A DNA stretch of 63,926 nt, counting the filler, from Collodictyon triciliatum (lineage: Eukaryota): assembly GCA_043381765.1 (NCBI GenBank). It is 19 parts of 19 records of this genome, joined end to end, with 100 filler letters (N's around TTAATTAATTAA, not from the genome) between each part and the next. Parts side by side here need not be neighbours in the genome. Positions count along the whole stretch, not along the records: positions 25,352 to 28,869 come from JBHJMP010007214.1; positions 28,970 to 32,487 come from JBHJMP010007215.1; positions 32,588 to 36,105 come from JBHJMP010007216.1; positions 36,206 to 39,723 come from JBHJMP010007217.1; 15 more parts are not named here. One strand, written 5' to 3'. The translations under genes and the position numbers were made by a program. Each line of letters opens with the position of its first letter. Within the stretch, counting starts at the first letter, position 1. Shown piece by piece: positions 25,352-38,450 of this stretch. Under the pieces are notes generated by a model. That model worked only from the letters and a program-made list of their open reading frames with translations, had not been told where the DNA came from and searched no databases.

Positions 25352-25860
25352 AAGACGGCTGCGGCTGTTGGCCCAATCCAGGCGATATTTGGGCCTCTGC
25401 AACAGCTGCGCCCAGATGCAAAAACACTCTGGGCGGTGACGCGAGGTCATTTTCTATGGACTATGTGGATAGCGCGCACATACTCACGCAAAGCAAGACT
25501 CAACAACCAGCCACCCATTCCTGATAATAGGCTGGATAACATCATACAAATCTCTTTCCTCAATAGCTTTCTTCGCCACATGCACGTTCTCTACTACCCA
25601 GACCCTGTGAAAAGAAACATGTGGAAGGAGGCTGAGAAGGACATTAAACCTCGCCTTGTCTCTCTCATGCAAGCGCAAGACCCAGAAAATAGTCAGAAGT
25701 GCATGACGCAACCGGACACCAGATTTATTAACGCTTCAATTTGTAGTGACTCATCACCACCTTAAATTTAATTGGGACATGTCAATACCAGTTGGTCATT
25801 AACCATGCCGCAGCACGCTCCACTCATACCCCGGAATTCCGTCTTTAATACAGAGGAATT
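25352..25860 (+). mobile_element. Divergent LINE ORF2 C-terminal fragment
   Basis: LWAVTRGHFLWTMWIART..IIQISFLNSFLRH aligns by eye with LWTVTRGHMLWSLWSVR..LVQYSFLNKLMKY of the 10127-10753 ORF. Confidence 0.7.
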
Positions 25861-26272
25861 GGGAAAATACACAGCTGATTATAACTAGTAAATTTTTTTT
25901 ATTCATTCAGAAAATCAGATCATTTAAATAATTTCAGAAGTTCAGGCGACAACTCAATTCAATCAACTAAGGATATTCATGTAAGTAATTCGTCGTAAAA
26001 TTACCTACATGGCGATATGTAAAGTCCAGTACGAGTTATAATTTTATACAATAGAAATTCACTAGGTTTCTCAATGAAAACTACTACAAGGTTCAGGATA
26101 GAATTTTTTATTAAGATTATATGAGCGTCAAAGATTTGTTAGGAATAACATATATTGTCATCAAGTAGAGGAATTTTAAAGGTTTCTCTCATTCCAGCCG
26201 AAACATATTTAACATTACTTCCATGGTTAAATTTTATTCAAATCGAAATAATTCTAATGTCTACTTTTCTAG

Positions 26273-27801
26273 ATGAGCTTAATTTACCTCTCGACGGCTG
26301 CTCTTACGTTCATGATATCAGCATGGATGGTTGATAACATTCTTGCCGAAGGACCAAAGATGTTCCTATTGAATTTGGAAAAAAATGCTCTTGAGTACAA
26401 AGTTAAGGTTGCAATATAGCGAAAAACTATAGAATTGAATTGAAATGATACCTTTAAACTCAACTGAGATATTCATGTCTTCAAACATTTATCCAGGAGT
26501 TTGTCGATTATCATCGAGCCAATAGTGCCACTTATAGTCGAAAGGTATTAAATAGACTTCCAGAATACGATGCCATGTACTGGTTTTCTGGAGGTTACTT
26601 TTATGTGGAACCTTCTTTATTTAAAAGCTGGAATAAGAGACCAAGAGCTGATTTCTTTGAACCGTCTCTTTACAAATTTTATATGAAATACAAGGAATGG
26701 CCAACGGCTGGTTTAATGATCAAGAATGGAACTGGAGTATATGAAAAGCAAGACATATATTCTCCACACATGATGCATGAGGGTGAGCACTGGATCTCAC
26801 TAACTGAACAAGCAACCTTCTTTGTTTTTAAAAGAGAAGTTTTTGCAACGGATTTATATAGTGTCTTTTCCGGTGCTTGCAGTTCTAAGATGTCCGTCAT
26901 GGGATATAGTATGGTAAACATAAGTTCTATGACAACAAGGTGTATTATTAACAATAAAGTAGATTTGAAATATCAACGTGTTATTTTATTACCGATAGGA
27001 AAATGGGGAGAAAGAAACTATTATCATATATGGTTTGATACTTTGTTGCATTGGTTTACACTTCCTGAACATATCAGAAATAATAAAAAAATCAAGATAC
27101 TCATCGATAGAAGAACGGTTTTTTCCAAATTTGCACTTTCACATTTTGGTATCTCCGAAAATCGCTTGATTGAGTTCTCTCGAAACGATAATTGCTTTCT
27201 CGATTTTAAAGAGGTCATTATACCAACTCTTCCAATTTGTGTCAAGCCTATTTTGCCTCAGATGCTTCTGCTAAGACACCACTTTGGTGTAAAAGAACTG
27301 AACTTAACACAATATTCATTACCTTATAGAGAACCAGTCGTCCCTTTTGTATCAAATACAGACGTAGGAGGCAAAAAACTCATGGTTATTCTAGACCGAC
27401 GCCAACAAAGACCAGTTAATAATACAGCAATCATGGCGTCAGAGCTCATGAAAAAATACGGAAGTAATTGGAATGTTGTACGTTATGAAAACCTATTTAT
27501 CGAACAATCCATCAAACTGTTTAGAAATGCGAAAATGATCATTGGACAACATGGAGCTGGTTTTGTAAACATGTTATTTTCAACATCGACAAGCATCATA
27601 GAAATACACGATACAACTCCCATGACGCCTACAAGGCCACCCGGCATTGTCGATTGTTACGCTGTCATGGCTAGAAAGCTGCAATTTCCGTATATGGCAA
27701 TAGAAGGTGACAGAAGATATTACGATATCCCGAAAGTTATGAGCTACGTTGATAAGATGATGGGGATATTACAGACAGGTCTAACAAGCAACCATGATTA
27801 G
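26273..27801 (+). CDS. Glycosyltransferase family 61 (DUF563) protein
   Basis: Hydrophobic N-terminal exon, intron 26408-26496, and motifs NYYHIWFDTL and LFRNAKMIIGQHGAGFVNMLF..IIEI. Confidence 0.8.
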
Positions 27802-28526
27802 GCGTCTTGGATATTTCAGACATTAAATCCAAACCTATAGTCTTTTTATTCTTAAATTTGTTTACAATTTCACTGAGAACACTTTATATTTTTTTGTTTA
27901 GATTCAAAAGAATAAATGTGTATAGTATCTGATATTTTGTATATTTCCAAGTTTACCTATTCATTATGCTTATTTAAAAGAATGGATAAAAACAGAATCC
28001 GATCGTAGAAAGAGGATGGATTGCTGAGTGAAACTAAACACTATTTGATTAATTATATTATTAGAATAAATAAAGAAGATACTATGGAATATGATTTAAA
28101 TTATTTTTGTTTTTCACATTTCGGTCCACTTTATGTATATAATATATATATATAAATGCTGGTAATAATTTAAAATTAGTTAATCGCTACCTTGTTATTC
28201 ACAACAAATTAAGCTGTTGGCGTCCGTGCCAACTATATTTTTTTTCCAACCACCCAGCATGGATTCCGAGGTAATAAGATAGTGACGAAGGATATCTATC
28301 AGGATGGTTTTGAGATTTGGGATAGAGAAAAGGAGGAAATGGCCATGTGGCTTGATAAGATGTCCAGGGATTCCTTTGAGGATAGGATTTGTGATGAAGA
28401 CCGTGAGAGAGATGGAAGGAAGATGGCTTGATTAGGTTTAGAGGTAGTGGGAGAGGATGGGAGCGCTAATTTGTTGGCGTAAATTGTAGAAAACTTCCCC
28501 TTTGTTTTTGCACAAAAAACACACGT

Positions 28527-28869
28527 ATGGCAACCAAGCCGAGCTCAGGTGCGGTGAGCGCAAGCGAAACGCACAAGAGTGAGGTGCCTCAACTTGACGA
28601 CGAGAATGTGGTCTACGAGCACTACCGGACGCGACCGGTGGAGCGAGCAGCGGGACTGCAGGAGAAGGGACTCTACCCGGCCGGCTGCGTGGTGCGCCTT
28701 GTGGGCGAGTACACTGAGACACTGACGCACGCCACACGCCTGCGCCTGTTGGAGCAGCTGTGCGAAGTCCACCGCACCCGCGAGTGCGCCACGGAGGGCG
28801 TTGTGCTGCTGGCATCCGACCTGTCGAGCGGCCTGGGCCTTGCGTACCCCCGCAGGGAGACGGCCGAGC
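28527..28869 (+). CDS. GC-rich first exon of an unidentified protein, truncated
   Basis: ATG-initiated open frame with GC-rich codon usage running to the contig end. Confidence 0.5.
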
Positions 28870-28969
28870 NNNNNNNNNNNNNNNNNNNNNNNNNNNNNNN
28901 NNNNNNNNNNNNNTTAATTAATTAANNNNNNNNNNNNNNNNNNNNNNNNNNNNNNNNNNNNNNNNNNNN

Positions 28970-29039
28970 CGTTTTTACAGAATGAATCGAGATCGAACTT
29001 GCGAGCGATACGAATGATTCAATCTTCGTTCCAGGCGCG

Positions 29040-29081
<42 letters not shown>

Positions 29082-30547
29082 ACTCAATGGAACTATAGTT
29101 GGATATGAATAGTAAGAAAAAAATGGGTTTAAAAGGAACCAAAATTTTTGCTTGTCTAGGTAATGGAGGCAGCCCTGCAGTCCTTTGGAAAATTTGTCCC
29201 TATGGCAGTCGTTAAAAGGATAGTTGCTGATTCCAATAATCAAGGTCAGTTGTTCTTGGACCGCAGGAATGTGTCAGTAATGTTCACAGGTAAATAAAAA
29301 AGGATATAATTCTGACTACTGCTCTTATTGTTTAACTAATCATGCTGCTCGTGCACACAAATATATGAAACAAAAAAAATTCACATAAATTAAACGTCTT
29401 AAATTTTAAGATTTTTTAATCTAAACCAGATATTGAAGGATTCACAACCTTGTCTGAGTCAATTTCGGCGGAATCATTGGTTGAAATACTCGCTGATTAT
29501 CTGGAGGAAGTTTCTAGCATCATCATAGCTACTGGAGGCACAGTGGTAGACTTCATCGGAGATGCTGTTGTAGTGAGTTCTCAAAAACAAAAGAGGAAAT
29601 CATTCAATCACGAGCAAAATTTTTTAATAATATTATTATAATCCGCCAGGCTATCTGGAACGCGCCTACCGATGTGCCCGATCATGCATTGTGCGCATCA
29701 ATATGTGCTGTTCGATATATGGTAGGACATTTGTAACTTAATCTAGGCATAATTTTGTTTTTCAATTACAGTATTGGATACCACTCATTCTTTATTTGGT
29801 TTAGCGTGTAATGGGAGACCTTAACAATAAATGGCTGTCAAAAAGACTCGTTAAAGATCCTCTAAATGTACGTATTGGTATTCATACTGGACCCGTTTAC
29901 GCTGGTAACATTGGGTCCTCCAAACGTATGAAGTATGATTCTATAGGAGATACGATGAATCTGGCCTCAAGGTAAAGATAGATGCGGATAAGCAAGTATT
30001 GTTCGAAACTATTTATCATATGAAAAGTATCCACAAAGTAATAATAAATTCATGAATTATATAATATTTCCCCAGGTTAGAGGGATTGAATAAGCGATAC
30101 AAGACGAATGTAATCATAAGTGAAGAAACCAGGTGCTCGATACAACCCCGCATGATGTCACGTCCATTAGAGTATGTTGTGGTCAAGGGAAAGTAAGTGG
30201 AATGAAATTTATGTAAATATGACATTTACTAGATATGAGAAAATATGAGTTTATAGGCTATTTAATAATAATGAATCAATCATAGGACAACTCGCACTCA
30301 AATACACGAACTACTGGCCGATACACAAGAGAGCGGGGACCAAGAGGTCAACAAAGCTAACTTCAAACAAAGTGCTTCCTTGCCATTCCAACAATTTACT
30401 CAAATGACTGGTTCCCAGAAGAACGATGCTATTGGATGTTTGAGTGATTATTGTGATACCAACCCTGGTGATAGGCCCATGAAGCTTTTACTGAGCATTG
30501 TGAGTGCACCGAACTACGATGGAGTGACAATTCTAGATGACAAATAA
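28970..30547 (+). CDS. Class III adenylate/guanylate cyclase, C-terminal part
   Basis: Spliced exons give FGKFVP, VSVMFTDIEGFTTLSE, GGTVVDFIGDAVVAIWNAP, VRIGIHTGPVYAGNIGS, YDSIGDTMNLASRLEGLNK and VVVKGK. TAA at 30545-30547. Confidence 0.92.
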
Positions 30548-30749
30548 GAATAGGGAACGGTCTACAATCCTATGTGAGCGGCCTTCTTACACTACCCGTA
30601 GCAATCTCTGGAAAAGTTTGAGTCTGCGCTAGCCTACCTGACAAGGCTGAAAATGAAATCATGAATATGAAATGATGCAATAAAGGCGTCTCTCTTAATT
30701 TATGACACTCCCTGTCATTTTTATGCTTTATGTATATACACGCATTTTC

Positions 30750-32412
30750 ATTTTTCTTTCCTTTATTCGATTCAAAGTCACACAAATTAGCCTTTAATAC
30801 GATACAGTTCGATTGTCTGGACTCACAAGGAAGGAAAAAAACGCATTATGTGAGCTTTTTTTCCTTTATTCGATTCAAATTTCAGCAAGGTCATGCCATA
30901 CAAAGGGGCGAGATAGGTGCGCATGGTAAAGAGCAAACGCTAGTAAGAGAAGACACTACTGTGGAGGGGCTAGCAAATGCATCATGTGAGCTTAATGTGC
31001 ATAGCAGCTGCCTTAAAGCGGAACGGAGATGTGGATGACGAAGTCATTTACGAGTTTCAGTTACTAGTCCCCCAATAGAAGCTGGTGCAAGTCTCCCAGG
31101 GCTTTGATGAGAGGGTAAAATGGTTGCGTAAGTTCCCTTTCGCTCTTGTCTAGCAAATCCTGTCATGAGGATGAATAGGTTGAGTAAGCTGCTCCTCTTG
31201 GTTTCCAGTTCCTGGGACATCATTTACCAACATTTCTACAATGATTGCTGATGAACGAGGGTCTTGGATGTATCCAGGGGGTTTGCTACAGATTAGCCTG
31301 GTGGATGTGTTATTACTGGGTCCCTCGCACACTATTCTGATTCTGTCGCCGAGTTGACGTGGGCTTCTCTTTGATCAGCATCCTCTTTGTTATTCGGAGG
31401 TGAGTTTGATGGGATATCAACAGCTTGAAAAAGTTCATAATATTGAGGGCTGACGATGTTTTCTACATTGCTATGATGGAGCGATTTCATTGCATCATCT
31501 CCTCCATATTCTGGCGAGTTTACATCAGCAGGTTCAAGCGAATGGACAGGTGATTCATCAATGCGCTCGGCATACATATCAAGTTTGGGGCCGTTCATCA
31601 CCCGATGGCTTTACAGTCACTTCGAGCACCTCGCCTGTGGGTATGCAGTCACTATTTTCCCTACTTCTTGGCATCGGGCGATGCTGTCTCCTTACCTTGG
31701 ACCTTGAGGTTGTGCTGCAGACGGTTTTTGCGCACACGAGTCACAAATACCTGGTCAAGCTTCAGTACTGAATAGGTTATCGTTTCTGTGTGTCACAAAG
31801 CGCGTTTGGTATCGCTTTGGTTGTTGCGGGCTACTTAATTGGCAGTGGTTTACCGGATGTTTTTCTTTTCTTTTTTCCACCAAGGAGCTGAATGGTATTC
31901 TAATTGCGGAAATTAATTATAATGTACAATTGGTGCCTGTTTCTGATCAAATTTTTTTACATTTGCTGTACATTTCAATGTGCATCATTTGATTCCCAGT
32001 AGATATAGTGGTTGTCTCACCTTCCTACTCATATGTCTATATTCAGTGTAAATCTTGGGTGGGTTGCGATTTGGCAACGGTTTCTATTAATAGGTAATGA
32101 CCTATATCAATCAATGTGCAGATTTATCGGAAGCCTAAAAACGGCGTACAAATGTGGACCTTTGATATTGGGGCGGTTGCTTTGCTGTGGGTTTGGACGG
32201 CCGCACAGGCGACTCCCACCGCACAAGAAATCCGCCGGGTGAGGCCCTGAAACAGCAAAACTGGAACAGGGATTCCGGTCATTGAAAAAATAGTTTACTC
32301 TCCACTACTGTGTCTCATTGGCAGGGTTGGACAAAGCATATTCTGCCACTTTTGTTTTCGTGAAAGAATAAGCACGACAAACGAGCTCTCCTCCCAATCC
32401 TCTGCTGGGAGG
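30750..32412 (-). mobile_element. Putative decayed non-autonomous retroelement ending in the LINE terminal motif
   Basis: 3' end reads CTTTGAATCGAATAAAGGAAAGAAAAA on the minus strand at ~30750-30778. Interior has broken ORFs (31150-31601). 5' limit uncertain (near contig end). Confidence 0.4.
30858..30974 (-). mobile_element. Second ~117-bp LINE 3'-end insertion with imperfect TSD
   Basis: AAACGCATTATGTGAGCTT (30839-30857) versus AAATGCATCATGTGAGCTT (30975-30993). Insert matches the LINE 3'UTR. Confidence 0.8.
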
Positions 32413-32587
32413 CAAAAAACAAAAAAACAAAAAAACAAAAAAACAAAAAAACAAAAAAACAAAAAAACAAAAAAACAAAAAAACAAANNNNNNNNNNNNN
32501 NNNNNNNNNNNNNNNNNNNNNNNNNNNNNNNTTAATTAATTAANNNNNNNNNNNNNNNNNNNNNNNNNNNNNNNNNNNNNNNNNNNN

Positions 32588-33598
32588 AAAGCCAAAATAA
32601 AAAAAAAAAAAAAAAAAAACAACAACCAAGAATATGTTTATTTCATTGAACTTTCCAAAGACCAGTTATCTTTATTAGCGACAAAAAAAAATATAGTTGT
32701 AGTGGACGCAGGCAAGTTTAATTTGGTTTACATGGTGGATGAGACAGGTAAGAAATTATGTTACACGGCACACCAAAAAAGACATGATAGCAAATCTCTT
32801 AAAAATCACAAAATACTCATGCACTAGAAAAAAAAAGTACAATTCTTCAGCGATATGCATGACAACAGGTTTACAAAATGATGCTTCTTTTGGTCTCAGG
32901 GCTTTTGAAGAGAATCAGCAGTTTGAGATATCAAGAGTATCTTTCATCGATTTAGAGACATAACTGAGTGAGCATAATTCATGCACGGTCGATTATGAAT
33001 AATTTCGAAAATAAATATCTATGAAATCGAGATACTAGATGGAATTTTCCAGATTTTATGAACAAGTAACTTTTCGGAAGGTGAGGTGGAGACATTATGT
33101 TAAAACAAAAAGAAGTGAAGAATTATTTATGGACCGAATCGAAAAGACATTTGGCAAGGATGTTGTAGTGGCGTATGGAGACTGGAGTAGAAAATGTCCG
33201 ATGAAACATTTAACGCCAACAACCAGAAGAGGGTTTCAAAAAATACTATCCAAAAGTTTTGAAACAGTTAGTGTAGATGAATTTAGAACCTCCAAGATGT
33301 GTTGTAACTGCGAAAAGGAACTGGAATATATGAAACTGAAAGGAAATTCAAAAAATATGTGTATAGATGTCTCATATGTAAAGAATGTAATCGCTCAGAA
33401 AGCAAACAAACTGTGTTCTTGACAAGGGACTTTAACAGCGCTAATAATATGCGCAACAAAGTTCTTTTTATCCTTCAAAATATGCTACACCTTGCTCTAA
33501 AAAACTGGCTGTCGGGTTTTTCCTGGCAGCCTTCACCACTACACAATCTTTACGAAAAAGTGGTGAGACCTTGGATAGTAGCGCACCAGGTTTACTAA
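32588..33598 (+). pseudogene. Fanzor1 copy 2, C-terminal half (RuvC plus zinc finger), decayed
   Basis: IVVVDAGKFNLVYM, FYEQVTFRKVRW, AYGDWS, VDEFRTSKMCCNC, YRCLICKEC and TRDFNSANN. Collinear with 5760-6695. Confidence 0.9.
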
Positions 33599-33611
33599 TC
33601 TTTCGATGGTG
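33500..33611 (+). ncRNA. Candidate Fanzor omegaRNA scaffold (copy 2)
   Basis: Same stems as copy 1 at 33507-33531 and 33533-33566, plus terminal GCACCA/TGGTGC pairing. Confidence 0.55.
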
Positions 33612-34339
33612 CACCCCTTCTTGTATTGAATATATTACAGACACTCCCCTCATAAATTTGAAAAAATTCCGTTTTTATTTAAATTCCAGAATTGTGATTC
33701 TAACAAAATTTGAATATTTAAACACACAACCTTGCGTTCGGCAAGGAGATGCGGAGATCGTTTTCTTCCAGGTTTTTTTTTACCCTAATTCTCAGAGCCC
33801 TCCTTGCGTTCTTTGTAATACAAGCACTCCTGACGTTCGAACGGAACGGTGTTCCTTGAATCAATGCGCAATACAAGTACAGCAGAGAAAATTGCAGAAA
33901 AAAAAAAGAAAGAAAAACAGAGAGAACAGGAGAAAAGAAACACAAAACCAAACCAAACAGATATTACAACAATAAAGACAAGAAAACGGGTCACCCAAAA
34001 AGGAGAGGATCCACAACGAGGGACAATGTCACCTTCGCTTCAGTGTCAACGCCCACCACCACCATCATCAAATCACCATCATCAAATCACCATCATCAAA
34101 TCACCATCACCAATATCATCACCAATATCATCACCAATATCATCACCAATATCATCACCAATATCATCACCAATATCACCATCAAACCATCACCAAATCA
34201 CCATCAAACCATCATCGAATCATAATCAAATCACCACCAATATAATCATCAATATCCCCATGCCCATTATCCTGCTGCACACAGACACCCACACCGGAGG
34301 GGAGAAGCCACGACAGCAAGAGCGACAAAGCACAGCCCG

Positions 34340-35359
<1,020 letters not shown>

Positions 35360-36256
35360 CTTCTGCTCGCCCAGCTTTGCTGTGGGTTTGCATGTGTGTC
35401 ATGGCTTTTTTTCTCCTTTTTTTTCCCTCTCTCTCCCTCTCTCCCTCCTTACTTCGCTGTTGGCACCTTTGTCATCGGGCGTAAATTATGCAGATACCGC
35501 TACTCAACACCTGTGTCACTCTTCTCTGTCTTGGCCAGCAAACATATTCTTTGGCTGCGCTGGTTGGCTCTGTCGCGCGTGTGTTGTCACTGTGTGTGAG
35601 GTGTATGATGAGTGTGCTAATGTGCAATCTTCACTTTGCGTTGACTCTCAAGCCTTCCAGACCCCATGAACATCCAAGAGCAGGAGCAAAAAAAAAAAAA
35701 AAGAAAGTGTGTTGATAAAATGATTTAAAGGAAAAAAAAAAGATATACGAGGGAAAATGCGAATCAGAATTTAAGTGATCCAAAGAGAAATAAGAAAAGA
35801 GAAAATAATTGGAAATCATGTTGTGGTCAACTTCTGTGGATCAAATTCTCCAGATTCAAGAAAAACCAAAAAACCAAAAAAACCAAAAAACCAAAAAACC
35901 AAAAAAACCAAAAAACCAAAAAACCAAAAAACCAAAAAACACAAAAAACACAAAAAACCAAAAAACCAAAAAACCAAAAAACCAAAAAACCAAAAAACCA
36001 AAAAACACAAAAAACACAAAAAACACAAAAAACACAAAAAACACAAAAAACACAAAAAACACAAAAAACACAAAAAACACACAAAAAAAACACAAAAAAA
36101 AAAAANNNNNNNNNNNNNNNNNNNNNNNNNNNNNNNNNNNNNNNNNNNNTTAATTAATTAANNNNNNNNNNNNNNNNNNNNNNNNNNNNNNNNNNNNNNN
36201 NNNNNGTTTTTTATGTTTTTTTATGTTTTTTTATGTTTTTTATGTTTTTTTATGTT

Positions 36257-36317
<61 letters not shown>

Positions 36318-36318
36318 G

Positions 36319-37055
36319 GTGTCATACCTGACTTTTATCGAGATTATGTGATTGAAGTTCAGCAAAAGATTGAGGAAAATGCAAGGTTAGTTTCATTCTT
36401 CTCCTTTTTTTTTTTTTGACCATAATTTTTTACCATAATTTATGCTCTTCCTTTTAATTTGTGGAAAATGAGAGGGTCTTACTGCATGGATACGGGTTTA
36501 CGGCGATTGTGTCGAACATAGTCCCCTTAATCTACCTCCATTTTCTGATTTCCCTCCTCATGAATCGGGATTTTCGTTTAAAAGATTGAAACAAAGGCTG
36601 TGTTTGTCTATGTAGGTTGGAGTTTGAATGTATCTGGAATGAACACCAGCGAACCAAGCTTATGCGCTCTCAATTGTCTGACAAGATTTCTGAGAAGGTC
36701 AACCGGTTGAATGACGCTGTAAAGCAATCCGTTCTTTGGGAAGACCTGAGCCTCCGCCGAAAAATTCTTGTGTAAGAACTATACATTGATAATATTCGGC
36801 TTTGAATTGAGCATGTACAATAGGCTTGTCGAAGCTGACAACATTTTATTTTATTTTTTGTAAACCAGGGATGCTGTCCCAAAGAGACTCATAGAATTGA
36901 TTGGGTATGAAGAATTCTCGAAGCGAGTTCCAGAGCCGTATTTAAGGGCTATATTTGGAGCCTATCTCGCCTCTAGATATGTCTACAATATGGGATTGGA
37001 TGCTGCCGAGTTTGCTTTCTTTACCTTCATACGCGGCTATGTTGAGAACCAATAA
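36319..37055 (+). CDS. GDH2: NAD-specific glutamate dehydrogenase (large fungal/protist type), C-terminal exons
   Basis: FYRDYVIEVQQKIEENAR-LEFECIWNEH..LWEDLSLRRKIL..RVPEPYLRAIFGAYLASRYVY..AEFAFFTFI. Confidence 0.85.
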
Positions 37056-38450
37056 ATCAGGCGCGCGCAGCCCCTCATATTTCCGATTCGATATTGCTCA
37101 CTTATATCTGGCCAAAATATCAACTGTTATTGTTGCATGTTGATGTCAGTTTTATTGTGTGTAAGTGAATCAGAAAACTGGCTGAATCATCGAAGATAGT
37201 TAAATATATATCGCATTTGCAGTCATAGACATCCACAATTTGGTAAACTTAGTGCGGATGTTTGGGTGAACACACAGCCCTCGATTTTTCCGGGTTTGTT
37301 ATATTGAATTGGAATATATAGTACAACCATTTATTATACCCACAAAAGTCATTCATTCCATTTCAATGACAATATTTGCATACCCATTTATTATGAAGCA
37401 TGCAAATATATGTAAATTTCACAGCGTGCATACATTCCACTTTTGCAACAGGATGAATAGCGCAATGCTCGTTCCACGCTCATGCACCCGGCACTTATAA
37501 TGATCCCTTTCAGATTTTGTTGACATTACGGGCTCGTAACTGCGGACGAAAGAGGATATTCACACTTGACCTCAACAAACCAGCAGATTTTATCCCAAAT
37601 ACAGGTAATTTCTCTGAAATCCGTTTTGCAGCCACCCGTAAATTCCAGATGAAGACAATTCAAGGTGTTTTGTAGTTGTCATTGAATAGGCCACGTTCGG
37701 TGCTTGTGCAGAAATTGCTTGTTTTGTATAGCACTTGTTCCTCATATTTGTCGCGCTATAGAAAGAAATAATGCACCACAACGGACACCTGCGTAACGGA
37801 CGGCAACCCAAGGCCACCGAGTGTCATATGGCGGGTGCGAGCACACAAAGTCCAGAGAATCTATTGTTGCTCATGCGGTATGAACTGATTGATGCAGCAC
37901 AGACGCAGAGGCGATAAGCACGGCTCATATGCAATCCGAACGCGAGTCCATGTCTTTCGAGTGATTCGTGGGGCCGATGGTCGTTGAGGCCTGGCGATCG
38001 CTTTGGGTTGAGTTGTGGGGTTCTGCTTGCTGCCGTGTGGGGCCTTGTGATACAGACAATTAACAGCAAGTCACCGCAAAGCAGAAAATAAAAAAATGAT
38101 AAAAAGATAAAAGAAAAGAAAAAGGAGTGAGAAAGAGAAGGAATGAAGGAATGGAAAAGCTGTTATGACTAACAAGAAATTAAAGCCCGCCAGCCGAATA
38201 GACCAGAGCCTTATCCGCGTGTCACCAACAACAGTCAGCGAGCCCCTCTTTTCCGAAGCCAAAGCCAAAGCCAAAGCCAAAGCCCACATTCCCTTCCGTC
38301 GAGAGCAAAGCACCTGGCCGGCCAAACAACCTCTTCGCGCAACCAGGTAAACAAAAAACCACAAAGCAGAGGGCGAGAAAGGAGGCAATCGGCCAGCCAC
38401 ATCCACACCCATCGTGAGTCATTAACAGCAGACGCCACAGGCAGCGAGAC

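Noticed and set aside
32961-33038. TAA/TAG reassigned to Gln (alternative genetic code) explaining the Fanzor stops
   Set aside because: Long host ORFs (26575-27801, 54717-56897) contain no in-frame TAA/TAG, host genes end in TAA/TAG, and the Fanzor copies also carry frameshifts
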